A DNA stretch of 64,000 nt from an uncultured Gammaproteobacteria bacterium (GCA_964536205.1 CAZHVT010000006.1:8623-72622); one strand, 5' to 3'. Positions 28,893 to 39,021 are shown, counted from the first letter of the stretch. Translations and numbers: made by a program. The notes: a model not told the origin generated them from the letters alone.

Positions 28893-29795
28893 ATGAAATT
28901 CGACATCATAGGAAAACGAAAATATTGGTACAGCTTTTCCGCTCTTGTAATTGGAGCGTGTGTTGCAGCGATGTTGATGTATGGTTTTAATTTAGGAATT
29001 GATTTTAAGGAAGGTGCGCTTATTGAATTGAATTTTGAGGGAGAGCGTCCAGCGATAGAGTCATTACAAGGTGTTTTGGAGGCACAAGAATTAGAGGGTG
29101 GGCAGGTTGTGTATTTGGGAGATGAGAATGTTCTGATGAGAACTGAACCGCTTGGCCCTGAAAAGCATAATGCATTACTCGCAGCGCTTGATGAAAGTTT
29201 TGGCGCTGAAGTTTATTCTGAAGAGCGATTTGAAACTATTGGTCCGACTATTTCTGAAGAGCTTCGGCGTAAATCGATTAACATGGCAGTCGGTGTGATT
29301 TTCGCGATTATTGTGTATTTGACGTGGGTATTTCGCAGTGTTTCAAAACCTGTTGCAAGTTGGAAGTATGGGGTGATTGCGGTTTTTGCTTTGATTCATG
29401 ATGTGATTGTGCCAGCAGGAGTATTTGCATATTTGGGACAATTTTTGGGAATTCAGATCGATACATTGTTTGTAACAGCCATGCTGACCGTTATGGGGTT
29501 TTCTGTGCATGATACAATTGTTGTGTTTGATATGGTTCGTGAGACGATTTCTGATGGTGCGACTTCTTTTGAGAAGGCTGTGAATGATAGCGTGAATAAA
29601 ACGCTTTCACGATCTATCAATACATCACTAACAACACTTGTTGTTTTGGCAGCGATTTATTTCCTTGGTGGTGAGAGTGTGCGATACTTTTCACTTGCTA
29701 TGATGATTGGAATTGTTACTGGAACGTACTCATCGATTTTCTTTGCTTCACCACTCCTCGTTTCATGGTATAATAGGCAATATAAGAAATCATGA
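28893..29795 (+). CDS. secF: protein-export membrane protein SecF
   Basis: The ORF is trimmed to the ATG at 28893 (MKFDIIGKRKYWYS, a typical SecF start), 1 nt after the secD stop. Confidence 0.85.
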   Translation: MKFDIIGKRKYWYSFSALVIGACVAAMLMYGFNLGIDFKEGALIELNFEGERPAIESLQGVLEAQELEGGQVVYLGDENVLMRTEPLGPEKHNALLAALDESFGAEVYSEERFETIGPTISEELRRKSINMAVGVIFAIIVYLTWVFRSVSKPVASWKYGVIAVFALIHDVIVPAGVFAYLGQFLGIQIDTLFVTAMLTVMGFSVHDTIVVFDMVRETISDGATSFEKAVNDSVNKTLSRSINTSLTTLVVLAAIYFLGGESVRYFSLAMMIGIVTGTYSSIFFASPLLVSWYNRQYKKS

Positions 29796-30175
29796 ATATG
29801 AATATTGATAAACCACCGTCAGGAGAGCGCATGCCCAGCGTTTTTGACCAGCTTGATGAAGTCGATGATATAGTGAATGAGACATTGAGAGATATCAGAC
29901 AAGACAATGCTCGTAGAGAGCTTGTGCTGCGTGCATTTGAGGGGATCAAGGAGGCTGCTGAAATTAAACAGAAATTTGATCATGCTATGAAGTTGTTGAA
30001 GGATCACGCTGGCGATCGGAGCCGTGCATACTATGTCTCTGGGCGTATTACCTCTCTTAGAGAATTTTTAGAAAATGTTCCTGATGCAGGTGAAGTGAAT
30101 GATCCTTATGAGGATATAGATTATATTCAAAACGTAGAGAGATTACTAGATGATGTTATCGAAGAGCTTGGCTGA
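29792..30175 (+). CDS. hypothetical acidic cytoplasmic protein (127 aa), overlaps secF stop (ATGA)
   Basis: ORF with 4-nt overlap coupling to secF. Confidence 0.5.
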   Translation: MNMNIDKPPSGERMPSVFDQLDEVDDIVNETLRDIRQDNARRELVLRAFEGIKEAAEIKQKFDHAMKLLKDHAGDRSRAYYVSGRITSLREFLENVPDAGEVNDPYEDIDYIQNVERLLDDVIEELG

Positions 30176-30193
30176 GTAAATTGGTGTCTTAAT

Positions 30194-30223
30194 TAAAAAC
30201 CACCCTCGTAGGGTGGTGTTTTA
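30194..30223. terminator. bidirectional terminator (accaccc-tcgta-gggtggt flanked by A-run and T-run)
   Basis: Perfect 7-bp stem between convergent genes. Confidence 0.65.
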
Positions 30224-30667
30224 TTGGAAGAATTTTTCTTGTGGATGCTGCTCCTGGAATTTTTCGGCGGCTTGTTTGAATTTCGGATGTTCGATTGGTT
30301 TTCCTTCCTCGTCAAATGCGAGAAGGGGAATCATTTTTATGTGTAGTTCGCGTAGTCCCGTGTCATCCTTGGAACATTCCACCGCTGGAACTGTGGTCGG
30401 ACCGTTTGGATTTACGATTACGTATACTGCTACAATTTTTCCGTCTGTTTGATCCCATGGTATTGCGCTTTTGCAAATCGTAGTTAATTCAGCAGGTAGA
30501 GTATTGCGACTATTTTTTACTGATGGTCGGCAGACGAGATCTTCAAAACCTGGGCAATTTCTTCCATAATTTAGAGTTGCGAATTCTGTGAATTCTTTTC
30601 CTCCGCTTATCCATTTCATTTCAATCAAGTATGCTCTTTCGTGGTTGACGAGATTTCTGATATCCAT
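30221..30667 (-). CDS. hypothetical protein (148 aa); weak PD-(D/E)xK-like signature (D..EMK)
   Basis: The ORF is trimmed to the ATG at 30667 with SD aaagga. The nuclease-fold suggestion is speculative. Confidence 0.45.
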   Translation of the reverse strand: MDIRNLVNHERAYLIEMKWISGGKEFTEFATLNYGRNCPGFEDLVCRPSVKNSRNTLPAELTTICKSAIPWDQTDGKIVAVYVIVNPNGPTTVPAVECSKDDTGLRELHIKMIPLLAFDEEGKPIEHPKFKQAAEKFQEQHPQEKFFQ

Positions 30668-30789
30668 GTTATTTCCTTTTGTGATGAGCGAATCTGAACC
30701 GTACAAAGAATTTGCCTAATTGTCAAGTTTCAATCTGTACAAAAGCAAAAAAATGTGCTATACTAGTACAACTAAATTAAGGAGACTCT

Positions 30790-30951
30790 ATGTACGATTT
30801 GTTTTACCGACACCTATTGGCGATTGTGTTTACCACGGTGTTGGCATGTATGTTTTGGGGTGGATATATTGCCGGATCAAATGGATGGCCATGGGCGTGG
30901 GCTGTATTGATTCCGCTTTATTTTTATATTTTTAGCCGATTTAAAGGTTAA
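30790..30951 (+). CDS. small integral membrane protein (53 aa, two hydrophobic helices), not in ORF track
   Basis: AAGGAGA SD 4 nt before the ATG. An extended -10 (tgtgctatact) lies upstream. Its stop is 8 nt before the 464-aa gene. Confidence 0.4.
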   Translation: MYDLFYRHLLAIVFTTVLACMFWGGYIAGSNGWPWAWAVLIPLYFYIFSRFKG

Positions 30952-30959
30952 TAATTCTC

Positions 30960-32354
30960 ATGTCGATTGAAACTGTTTTAATGGATATTGGAGAATTTTT
31001 TCTTCGTCTTGCAAACGATCGTCTTTTTTTGGCACATTTTTTGCAGAATTGGGGTTGGGCTTTTTTTGTGTGGCCGTTTATTTGGATGGGTCATATGATT
31101 TTTGTGTATTATCGAATTGCCGAGAATCGTTCAAAGTGGGAATGGATGTTGTTAGCGATTGATGTTCCAAAAGATAATGAACAGGGTCCGCGTGCAGTTG
31201 AGAATATTTTTGCACAATTGGCCGGTGCGCATGCATCTCAAGATATAGAAGAAATTCATTTTGGGGGTGAAACACAGAAATGGTTTTCGTTTGAGATAGT
31301 CTCGATTGAGGGGTATGTGCAATTTTTGATTTGGACAGAAAAGGCATATCGAAATTTAATTGAGGCTACGATTTACGCGCAATATCCTGATGCTGAAATT
31401 ACAGAGGTTGAGGACTATACAACTAGCGTTCCAGATACTTTTCCAAATGATGAGTGGGATGTATGGGGAGCCGATTTTAAATTAGTTAAGCAACAGCATT
31501 ATCCAATTCGCTCTCATATTGAGTATGAGGATTCGATGTCAAAGGTGTATCATGATCCTATGACAGCGTTAATTGAAACAATGAGTCGTATGGGCCCAGG
31601 AGAGCAATTGTGGATGCAAATCTTGATTAAACCGATTGGAATTAAGTGGAAAGAGGCTGGGTATGAGTTGGTTGGTAAATTAGCGGGGAAGCCGAAAAAG
31701 GAAGTTATGAGTATGATGGGCAAAGCTGGAAAGATTCCGGGGCAGATTTGGGATGGAATTATGACACATGGTTTTGGCGGCGCAGGATTTGAGGCTGCAG
31801 AAAAGGAGCGCGAAATGCCATCCATGCTTTTGCATCTTACGCCGGGGGAAAAAGTTGTTATTGAGGGTATTGAGCGAAAGTTATCGAAGATTGGATTTAG
31901 TTGCAAGATCCGTATTTTGTATGTTGGAAAGAAGGGGTATTTTAAGAAATCAAATGCTGTACAGGCTATTGTGGGATCAATCAAGCAATTCAATACTGAA
32001 AATATGAATGCGATTATTCCTGATATGTCTAAGACCGCTGTGACTGCCCATTATGTGTTTAAGGATCAGCGAAAGAATTGGCGAAAGAATCGTATTATGG
32101 CGTGGTACAAGAAAAGAAGTCATTGGGCTGGAACTGCTGAATTTGTATTGAATACAGAAGAGCTTGCGACGATTTGGCATTTTCCTGTTACATCTGAAGG
32201 TAGGGCTGGCGCGCCGATGTTATCACAGACAAAAGCGAAGAAGAGTGAGGCTCCGTCATATTTGCCGACTGAAAATGAAAATCCATTTAAGGCGTCCGGG
32301 GTGGCTCCACCGGCTGCGGGTAAGGGTGAAGCGCCGGTTGATTTACCTACTTGA
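30960..32354 (+). CDS. hypothetical membrane protein (464 aa) with N-terminal TM helices, upstream partner of the TraD/VirD4-like ATPase
   Basis: ORF. N-terminal segment WGWAFFVWPFIWMGHMIFVYY. Pro/Ala/Gly-rich tail. Confidence 0.55.
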   Translation: MSIETVLMDIGEFFLRLANDRLFLAHFLQNWGWAFFVWPFIWMGHMIFVYYRIAENRSKWEWMLLAIDVPKDNEQGPRAVENIFAQLAGAHASQDIEEIHFGGETQKWFSFEIVSIEGYVQFLIWTEKAYRNLIEATIYAQYPDAEITEVEDYTTSVPDTFPNDEWDVWGADFKLVKQQHYPIRSHIEYEDSMSKVYHDPMTALIETMSRMGPGEQLWMQILIKPIGIKWKEAGYELVGKLAGKPKKEVMSMMGKAGKIPGQIWDGIMTHGFGGAGFEAAEKEREMPSMLLHLTPGEKVVIEGIERKLSKIGFSCKIRILYVGKKGYFKKSNAVQAIVGSIKQFNTENMNAIIPDMSKTAVTAHYVFKDQRKNWRKNRIMAWYKKRSHWAGTAEFVLNTEELATIWHFPVTSEGRAGAPMLSQTKAKKSEAPSYLPTENENPFKASGVAPPAAGKGEAPVDLPT

Positions 32355-32432
32355 GCGTTTAGCTTTTAGCGTTTAGCGGTTAGGGGTGCTTTCTACTGAA
32401 CACTAAACGCTTAACGCTAATCGCTTAACGCT
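32355..32432 (+). promoter_or_regulatory. 78-bp imperfect palindrome filling the whole intergenic gap and abutting the ATPase start codon
   Basis: Arms gcgtttagcttttagcgtttagcgg... and ...ctaaacgcttaacgctaatcgcttaacgct. No SD before the ATG at 32433. Confidence 0.5.
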
Positions 32433-34373
32433 ATGATTGAATACGATCACGATCACGAAAATGAAATCATCTACTTTGGTGAAACTAACTTCCGTAACAA
32501 GAAGCGGCGTTTTGGTATTAAGACAGATGATCGTCGCAGGCACATGTACATTGTGGGAAAGACTGGTATGGGTAAGACAACGTTACTTGAGAATTTGGTG
32601 ATTCAAGATATTCAAAAGGGTCATGGTGTTGCGTATTTGGATCCTCACGGAGATACAGCTGAGAAGATTTTGGATCATATTCCATCTCATCGTATTAATG
32701 ATGTCATTTATTTTAATCCTGGGGATTTGGGTAATCCCGTAGGGTTTAATGTTTTGGAGTCTGTTGATCCTGATAAAAAGCATTTAGTGACCGCTGGATT
32801 GATGGGGGTTTTCAAAAAGATTTGGCCGGATGTTTGGTCTGCTCGCATGGAATATATTTTGATGAATGCGATTATGGCGTTGCTTGAGGTTCCTGATGCG
32901 ACACTTTTGGGAATTTCGAGGTTGTTGGCCGATAAGACATATCGTGCGCAGGTTGTTGAGCGTATCACTGATCCGATTGTAAAAGCTTTTTGGCGTGATG
33001 AGTTTGGGAATTACACAGATGATTTTGCAAGTGTAGCTGTTGCACCAATTCAAAATAAGGTAGGACAATTTTTGTCTGCATCAATTATTCGAAATATTGT
33101 AAGTCAGGTAAAATCCACGTTTGATATTCGAAATGTTATGGATGAGGGAAAGATTCTGATTGTGAATTTGTCGAAAGGTAAGGTTGGTGAGGATAATTCA
33201 TATTTGTTGGGTGGTATGATTGTTACGAAAATTCAGCTTTCTGCGATGGAGCGTGTTGATATTAAAAATGAGGATGATCGTCGTGATTTTTATTTGTATG
33301 TTGATGAGTTTCAGAATTTTGCGACAGAAGCTTTTGCGGTGATTTTGTCAGAGGCTCGAAAGTACCATTTGAATTTAATCATGGCACATCAATATATTGC
33401 ACAGCTTGAGAATCAAGGTTCGACAGTTATTCGTGATGCTGTGTTTGGAAATGTAGGTACGTTGGTTGCGATGCGAGTTGGTGCTGCTGATGCAGAATTT
33501 TTGGAAAAAGAATTTGAGCCGCGATTTACGATGAATGATTTAGTGAATCTTTCCAAGTTTACGGTGTATTTACGACTGATGATTGATGGTGCTGCAAGTG
33601 AGCCGTTTTCTGCAAATTCGTTAGCGCCGATTTCAAAGCCAACAGGTAGTTATGACAAAGTTATTCGAGCGTCGCGTGAGCGTTTTGCGGTGAAGCGTGA
33701 TGTTATGGAGAAGAAGATTCAAAAATTTTCTGAAGCTATGCAAGGTTCTATGGTTGAGGCTAAGGCTGCAGCAAAGGCTGCGAAGGCTGCAAAAAAGAAG
33801 CCGAAGATTGTTGCAAAGTGTACTGATTGTGGAAACGAATTTAATCCTCCATTTCGTCCGACAGGAGATAGACCGGTGTATTGTCCGGATTGTTATGAGT
33901 TGCGAAAGCAGGGTATTACGCCAACTGCGAAAAATCATGTTCACAAAGCTGGAGCTCCGCCAGATAAATTAGATGCTCCAGTAACTCGAACAGATGCTCC
34001 GCCTGCTCGTACGGTACCAACTCAATCAACTCCGCCTGCGTCTCAAGCAAGTAGCCCTAGTTCATCTCAGCGGTATGAACAACGGCAGCAACGTCGCAGT
34101 CAGCGAACTCAATCTGATCGAGCGGCTAAGCCAATCGCAAGACCTCGTCCTCAAGCATCAGATACTGCAGATGAAATTAGTTTAGCGGATGCTCTAAAGA
34201 GTGCTCCTCAACCTAAGAAAAAACAGAGGGATCAGCGTAATTCTCGAACATCATCACCTCAACAACCATCTCAATCGCGTCATCATTATAAGAAAAACAA
34301 TCAGTCTTTTGATAAAAAAGATGATTCATCCTCCCCAAACAAGATGCAGCCTGGAGATGTTGTGAAATTTTAG
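32433..34373 (+). CDS. P-loop ATPase of the TraD/TraG/VirD4 (type IV coupling protein, AAA_10/DUF87-like) family with C-terminal CxxC..CxxC zinc ribbon and low-complexity tail
   Basis: Walker A GKTGMGKTT, Walker B LYVDEFQNF. Zinc ribbon CTDCGNEF...CPDCY. Confidence 0.65.
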   Translation: MIEYDHDHENEIIYFGETNFRNKKRRFGIKTDDRRRHMYIVGKTGMGKTTLLENLVIQDIQKGHGVAYLDPHGDTAEKILDHIPSHRINDVIYFNPGDLGNPVGFNVLESVDPDKKHLVTAGLMGVFKKIWPDVWSARMEYILMNAIMALLEVPDATLLGISRLLADKTYRAQVVERITDPIVKAFWRDEFGNYTDDFASVAVAPIQNKVGQFLSASIIRNIVSQVKSTFDIRNVMDEGKILIVNLSKGKVGEDNSYLLGGMIVTKIQLSAMERVDIKNEDDRRDFYLYVDEFQNFATEAFAVILSEARKYHLNLIMAHQYIAQLENQGSTVIRDAVFGNVGTLVAMRVGAADAEFLEKEFEPRFTMNDLVNLSKFTVYLRLMIDGAASEPFSANSLAPISKPTGSYDKVIRASRERFAVKRDVMEKKIQKFSEAMQGSMVEAKAAAKAAKAAKKKPKIVAKCTDCGNEFNPPFRPTGDRPVYCPDCYELRKQGITPTAKNHVHKAGAPPDKLDAPVTRTDAPPARTVPTQSTPPASQASSPSSSQRYEQRQQRRSQRTQSDRAAKPIARPRPQASDTADEISLADALKSAPQPKKKQRDQRNSRTSSPQQPSQSRHHYKKNNQSFDKKDDSSSPNKMQPGDVVKF

Positions 34374-34434
34374 TCTTTTCTGTGTATAAGTAGGCATATC
34401 TGTTTGATGTGTTGTGTTATACTAATTTTTCATG

Positions 34435-34459
34435 GGTCCCGGCCTTCGCCGGGATGACA
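34435..34459. repeat. copy of the dispersed hairpin repeat (tcccggccttcgccgggatgac)
   Basis: 1 mismatch to the arm at 63922-63943. Confidence 0.6.
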
Positions 34460-34470
34460 ATTTATAGCTT

Positions 34471-36729
34471 ATGCAATCTACAACCTTTATTCGTCGAGCT
34501 GTCACCACGCTTCTTGTTGCCGTCACCGTTTTGATGCCGGTTTTTTTTCTGCCTTATACTCTTGAGGTATTGGAGTTGAATAAGCATTTTTTGTTGTATG
34601 GATTAGTTCTGCTGGCTTTGATGTTATGGCTGCTTGAAGGCGCTATCACGAGAAAATTTGTTATTCACCGATCTGCGTTTGATGTGCCTGTTGTGGTGTA
34701 TTTAGGGGTTATTGTTTTGGCTGGGCTTTTTTCACTTGATCGTTTTTTAAGTTTTGTTGGTGATTACAATAATATTCAGATGAGTGTATTGGCGGTTGTA
34801 TTTTTGATTGCGTATGCGTTTTTGGTAACGCAAGTATTTATTACTGATCGATCCCGTTTGTATTTGCTGGCCAGCGCAGCTGGTGGAGGTGTGTTAGCTG
34901 GGATTTGGTTTTTGTTGGATAAATTTAAGATTGTTGAATTTTCGGATTTTAGTGTGATTATTTCTAATTCGACTTCGTTGTCGAATTCTGAATTTGGAGT
35001 GTATTTAGTGATGTTGTTGTTGGGTTCTGTTGCGCTGTTGTCTGTGAAAAAGAAATCTTTTTTGATTGATGGGATGGCAGGGTTTGTTGGTTTGTTGTCT
35101 CTGTTTATATTGCTCTCTTTGGGATTTAAGGTTGTCTATATTATTTTGGGTATTGGGCTTGCGATTTTGTTGGCCTTTATGTTGACCTATGCTGATTATC
35201 TGCGATTACCCTGGATTACAGCAACATTTGCATTGATAGTACTTGCTGTTTTATTTGTATTTTTGAAGACGCCTCGATTAGTTGATTTTGATCTTCCTGT
35301 TGAGATCGCTTTGGGGGTTGGATCTTCCTATGATGTTGCATGGGGGGCGGTGACTGAAAATACAAAACAATTTTTAATAGGATCTGGACCTGCGACATTT
35401 GTTCATGACTTTTCTCAATTTAAACCTGAAGCATTGAATGCTAACAATTTTGCGTGGAGAATTAGATTTGGAAAGCCCTACTCGACGTTTGTTTCGATGA
35501 TTGCGGAAACGGGCATTGTGGGAGCGCTGGCCTTTGTGTTTTTAGTTTTGATTGTGTTGGGATATATAACTGGATTGTGGATGCGATCTTTGAGTGAGAA
35601 AGCTCGATCTGCTGGTGCATTTAATGCAAAATCCTCGTTTGTGTATTTGATTGCACCTGTTTGGATTACGCTGTTTGTTGCCATGTTTTTTGTTCACATA
35701 TCCATCAATTTATGGTTATTGTTTTTCATGTTGTTGGCTATGTTGTCGTCAACACTCATGCCATCTGCAAAGCATGATGTTGTTGAAATTTCGTTGAAAA
35801 GTTCACCGCAATATCTGCTGGCAACGTCGTTTAGTGTTGTATTATTATTCGCAGGTGGGATTGTTTTTGCAATTTTTTCCGGAAGATACTATGCAGCAGA
35901 GGTTCAATATACTGATGCGCAAACAACTGCGTCGTCTCCTGCACAGCAAATTAGCATGCTTACCAATGCTACGAATTTAAATAAAAAAAGTTCGCGATAT
36001 CGTGTTGCACTTGCTCAGTCATATCTTAATGAGGCGCGTGTCATTGCTGGACAGGCTGATGGATCGCCAGATTTGATTGCAAGACTTGTTGCAAAGGCAG
36101 TTGATGAAGCTCGTATTGCGACAGAAACTTCGCCGCGAAGTGTTGATACATGGGAAACATTGGCAAATATGTATTTAAATGCTCGATCGTTTACGCTTCA
36201 AGTTATTCCGTTTGTGTCAGATTCGTTTGAAAAGGCTGTTGCGCTTGAGCCGGCGAATCCTGTGTTGCATCTACAACTCGGACAAGCAAAATATGCAGAA
36301 GGTAAAACTACGGAGGCTAAGGAGTCATTTGAGGAAGCAATTCGGTTGAAGGGAGATTATTTGGATGCTTATATTCAGTTGTCTGCATATTATGAAAAGG
36401 AGAATGATTTGGATCGAGCGATTACAGAATTAGAAAGAGCATTACAGGTTGGAAAACAGAATGATGTCTTCTTGTTTCAGTTAGGTCGTTTGTATTTCAA
36501 TCGAGCGAATGATGGTGATTGGGATCTTGCGTTGACTGTTTTCAACGCAGCGCTTGCGGTTAATCCAAATAATGCAAATGCGTTGTTTAGTGCTGGTGTA
36601 ATTTTTGACCGCCGAGGTGACAGAGAAGTTGCATTGAGATATTTTGAAGAAGTTTTGAAACGTGATCCAGGGAATGAATCTGTTGCAACTCGGGTAAAGC
36701 AATTAAGAGGTATTCTTGGTATTCAATAG
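34471..36729 (+). CDS. O-antigen ligase/polymerase-like polytopic membrane protein with C-terminal TPR repeats
   Basis: More than 10 predicted TM helices. C-terminal tetratricopeptide repeats (e.g. ALEPANPVLHLQLGQAKYAEGKTTEAKESFEEAIRL). Confidence 0.6.
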   Translation: MQSTTFIRRAVTTLLVAVTVLMPVFFLPYTLEVLELNKHFLLYGLVLLALMLWLLEGAITRKFVIHRSAFDVPVVVYLGVIVLAGLFSLDRFLSFVGDYNNIQMSVLAVVFLIAYAFLVTQVFITDRSRLYLLASAAGGGVLAGIWFLLDKFKIVEFSDFSVIISNSTSLSNSEFGVYLVMLLLGSVALLSVKKKSFLIDGMAGFVGLLSLFILLSLGFKVVYIILGIGLAILLAFMLTYADYLRLPWITATFALIVLAVLFVFLKTPRLVDFDLPVEIALGVGSSYDVAWGAVTENTKQFLIGSGPATFVHDFSQFKPEALNANNFAWRIRFGKPYSTFVSMIAETGIVGALAFVFLVLIVLGYITGLWMRSLSEKARSAGAFNAKSSFVYLIAPVWITLFVAMFFVHISINLWLLFFMLLAMLSSTLMPSAKHDVVEISLKSSPQYLLATSFSVVLLFAGGIVFAIFSGRYYAAEVQYTDAQTTASSPAQQISMLTNATNLNKKSSRYRVALAQSYLNEARVIAGQADGSPDLIARLVAKAVDEARIATETSPRSVDTWETLANMYLNARSFTLQVIPFVSDSFEKAVALEPANPVLHLQLGQAKYAEGKTTEAKESFEEAIRLKGDYLDAYIQLSAYYEKENDLDRAITELERALQVGKQNDVFLFQLGRLYFNRANDGDWDLALTVFNAALAVNPNNANALFSAGVIFDRRGDREVALRYFEEVLKRDPGNESVATRVKQLRGILGIQ

Positions 36730-37372
36730 TATGTTGACCGTTATTTGTGGGCCGATGTTTTCAGGAAAAACTGCAGAGTTGATCCGTTTGGTTCGGCGTG
36801 ATCGGATTGGCGGTCGCCGTGTTCAGCTTTTTAAATTTGAGCATGATGCGCGTTATGCTGATAAGAATCAGATGGCATCTATGGATGGTGTTCATTTGGA
36901 AGCAGTTCCTGTATCGGATAGTAAACAGGTTTTAGCACGCTTAGATCGGAGTTGTAATGATGTGGTGATCGATGAGGTTCAGTTTTTTGATGATGGGATT
37001 ATTGATGTGATTCGTGCATTAGTTGAAAGTCGTGTGTATGTGAAGGTTGCGGGATTAACTTTGGATTTTCGTGGCGAGGCGTTTCCGTTTGCTTCTGGAG
37101 AGCGGACTATGGCTGATTTGCTTGTTTCTGCAGACAATGTCGTACAACTGAGCGCTGTGTGTACTGGAATGCGTCCTGATGGGCGCGTTTGTGGTAATAC
37201 AGCATCTCGCACGCAACGATTAATTGACGGTACAGCTGCGTCATATAATAGTCCTGTGCATATTATTGGTGCGGCTGAACTGTATGAAGCGAGATGTTTT
37301 AAGCATCATGAAATTCCTGGCAAACCTGAATGTCCGGTCACACTTGAGCAGTGCATGTTGGAATTGGCTTAG
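36716..37372 (+). CDS. tdk: thymidine kinase
   Basis: P-loop CGPMFSGKT, DEVQFF motif and C-terminal Cys cluster. The start is either TTG 36716 (SD aagagg at 5 nt) or ATG 36731. Confidence 0.8.
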   Translation: MVFNSMLTVICGPMFSGKTAELIRLVRRDRIGGRRVQLFKFEHDARYADKNQMASMDGVHLEAVPVSDSKQVLARLDRSCNDVVIDEVQFFDDGIIDVIRALVESRVYVKVAGLTLDFRGEAFPFASGERTMADLLVSADNVVQLSAVCTGMRPDGRVCGNTASRTQRLIDGTAASYNSPVHIIGAAELYEARCFKHHEIPGKPECPVTLEQCMLELA

Positions 37373-37380
37373 TCGAGAAA

Positions 37381-37485
37381 TCTAAAAATCTAAAAATCCA
37401 GAAAGCGATAAAGCGATAAAGCGATAAAGCGATTAAACAGAATGGCTGCACTGTTTTTAGTTTTCTGGATTTTTTGCTTTATCGT
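37381..37485. repeat. octamer microsatellites (aaatctaa x2, agcgataa x3.5) embedded in a ~17-bp-stem imperfect hairpin
   Basis: Read directly. ccagaaagcgataaagc pairs with gctttatcgttttctgg. Confidence 0.6.
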
Positions 37486-37533
37486 TTTCTGATGAACGTT
37501 GACTTTTGATAATCTTTCAAATAGGGTACACAC

Positions 37534-38595
37534 ATGACTAATCAACGCGTATTGTTAGCTTTATCAGGCGGGGTGGATAGTGCTGTTGCGGCGCATTTTT
37601 TGTTACAAGAAGGTTATGAAGTGATTGGCGCATTTATGAAATGTTGGTCTGGAGATCACGGATTTGACCCCTGTTGGATTGAAGATCGGCGCGATGCATT
37701 ACAAGTTGCAGCTCAATTAGGAATTCCAGTTGAAACGTTTGATTATGAAGATGCGTATCGTGAACATGTCACAGAATACATGTATGCGGAATATGCAGCT
37801 GGACGTACGCCGAATCCTGATGTGCTTTGTAATTCTTTAGTGAAGTTTGAATTATTATTGGAAGATGCAAAAAAATTAAATTGTGATTTTATTGCGACAG
37901 GACATTATGCACGAGTTGAAAAGCGTGGTGACAGATTTTCATTATTACAGGGAGTTGATTCAAAAAAAGATCAGTCATATTTTTTGCATAGATTAACACA
38001 AAAGCAACTTTCAAAAACATTATTTCCTTTGGGTCGTAAAACTAAAGATGAGATTCGTAGAATTGCCAAGGATTTGAATTTATGTGTTGCAGATAAGCGT
38101 TCTACGCGTGGAATTTGTTTTGTTGGTAATGTCGCATTAAAAACTTTTTTGAAAGAGCGTTTGCCAGAAAAAAAAGGTGTTATCAAAGATACTGATGGAA
38201 ATGTGATTGGTGAACATGATGGTGTGCAATTTTTTACCATTGGTCAGCGTAAGGGATTTGGTGTTGGGGGTGGAGTGCCGTATTATGTAGTTGAGAAGGA
38301 TGCTTTGGAAAATGTAGTTACTGTTGCTGCTGGTGATGATCATCCTGCTTTGTTGGCTTCTTGTGTATCTTTAAAAAATACTCATTGGATTCGAGCACCT
38401 CGTGGTGATGAGGATTTAATTGGACGTGTTCGATATTTGCATTCTGGTGAACCACTTACATTGCAAAATAATTCTGCAACCTTTTCATCGCCCATATCAT
38501 CAGTTCCACCCGGACAATTTCTTGTAATATATAGTGGCGATGAATGTTTGGGGGGTGCTGTTATTGACACAGTACAAACGGCGTGCTATTCATGA
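37534..38595 (+). CDS. mnmA: tRNA-specific 2-thiouridylase
   Basis: PP-loop SGGVDSAVAA and C-terminal MnmA domains. Confidence 0.85.
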   Translation: MTNQRVLLALSGGVDSAVAAHFLLQEGYEVIGAFMKCWSGDHGFDPCWIEDRRDALQVAAQLGIPVETFDYEDAYREHVTEYMYAEYAAGRTPNPDVLCNSLVKFELLLEDAKKLNCDFIATGHYARVEKRGDRFSLLQGVDSKKDQSYFLHRLTQKQLSKTLFPLGRKTKDEIRRIAKDLNLCVADKRSTRGICFVGNVALKTFLKERLPEKKGVIKDTDGNVIGEHDGVQFFTIGQRKGFGVGGGVPYYVVEKDALENVVTVAAGDDHPALLASCVSLKNTHWIRAPRGDEDLIGRVRYLHSGEPLTLQNNSATFSSPISSVPPGQFLVIYSGDECLGGAVIDTVQTACYS

Positions 38596-38615
38596 ACATA
38601 TTCAAAGGAGGATAC

Positions 38616-38921
38616 ATGTACGATTCGGGTAGAGAATTTCGTTTCGGATTATTGATTGGATTCTTTGTTGCATCGATTATTAGTCTTCATGCGTACGGCT
38701 GGTCCCATCATATTTCGATGCTTGTTACAGGCATTACGATCATTTTGTGCATTCCGTATGTACTTGAGTATGGAACGGTGCATTATGCGCGTGCTCGGGC
38801 TACGCTCTTGCGTGAGCGGCATTTGCATAGATTTCAGTCTCAAGACCCCTCTGATCGCAAACAGCGCATTGCGCGTCAAACACATTTACATGCAGTAGAA
38901 GACAATAGCGAGCCAGAGTAG
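38616..38921 (+). CDS. small membrane protein (101 aa)
   Basis: The ORF is trimmed to the ATG at 38616 with SD aaaggagga. Two TM helices. Confidence 0.45.
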   Translation: MYDSGREFRFGLLIGFFVASIISLHAYGWSHHISMLVTGITIILCIPYVLEYGTVHYARARATLLRERHLHRFQSQDPSDRKQRIARQTHLHAVEDNSEPE

Positions 38922-38922
38922 T

Positions 38923-38951
38923 ACCTGTACCCACGCGGTGCAGGTTTTTTC
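38923..38951 (+). terminator. rho-independent terminator
   Basis: acctgtac...gtgcaggt stem followed by T6. Confidence 0.55.
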
Positions 38952-39021
38952 TTGCCCAAACATTCGTATTTTACTAAACTATCTATTCGATTCCATAATT
39001 CATGATTCCCGATTCATACTT

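Noticed and set aside
30720-30935. 71-aa ORF from the track
   Set aside because: It is in a different frame from, and overlaps, the SD-led 53-aa membrane miniprotein (30790-30951). It has no SD.
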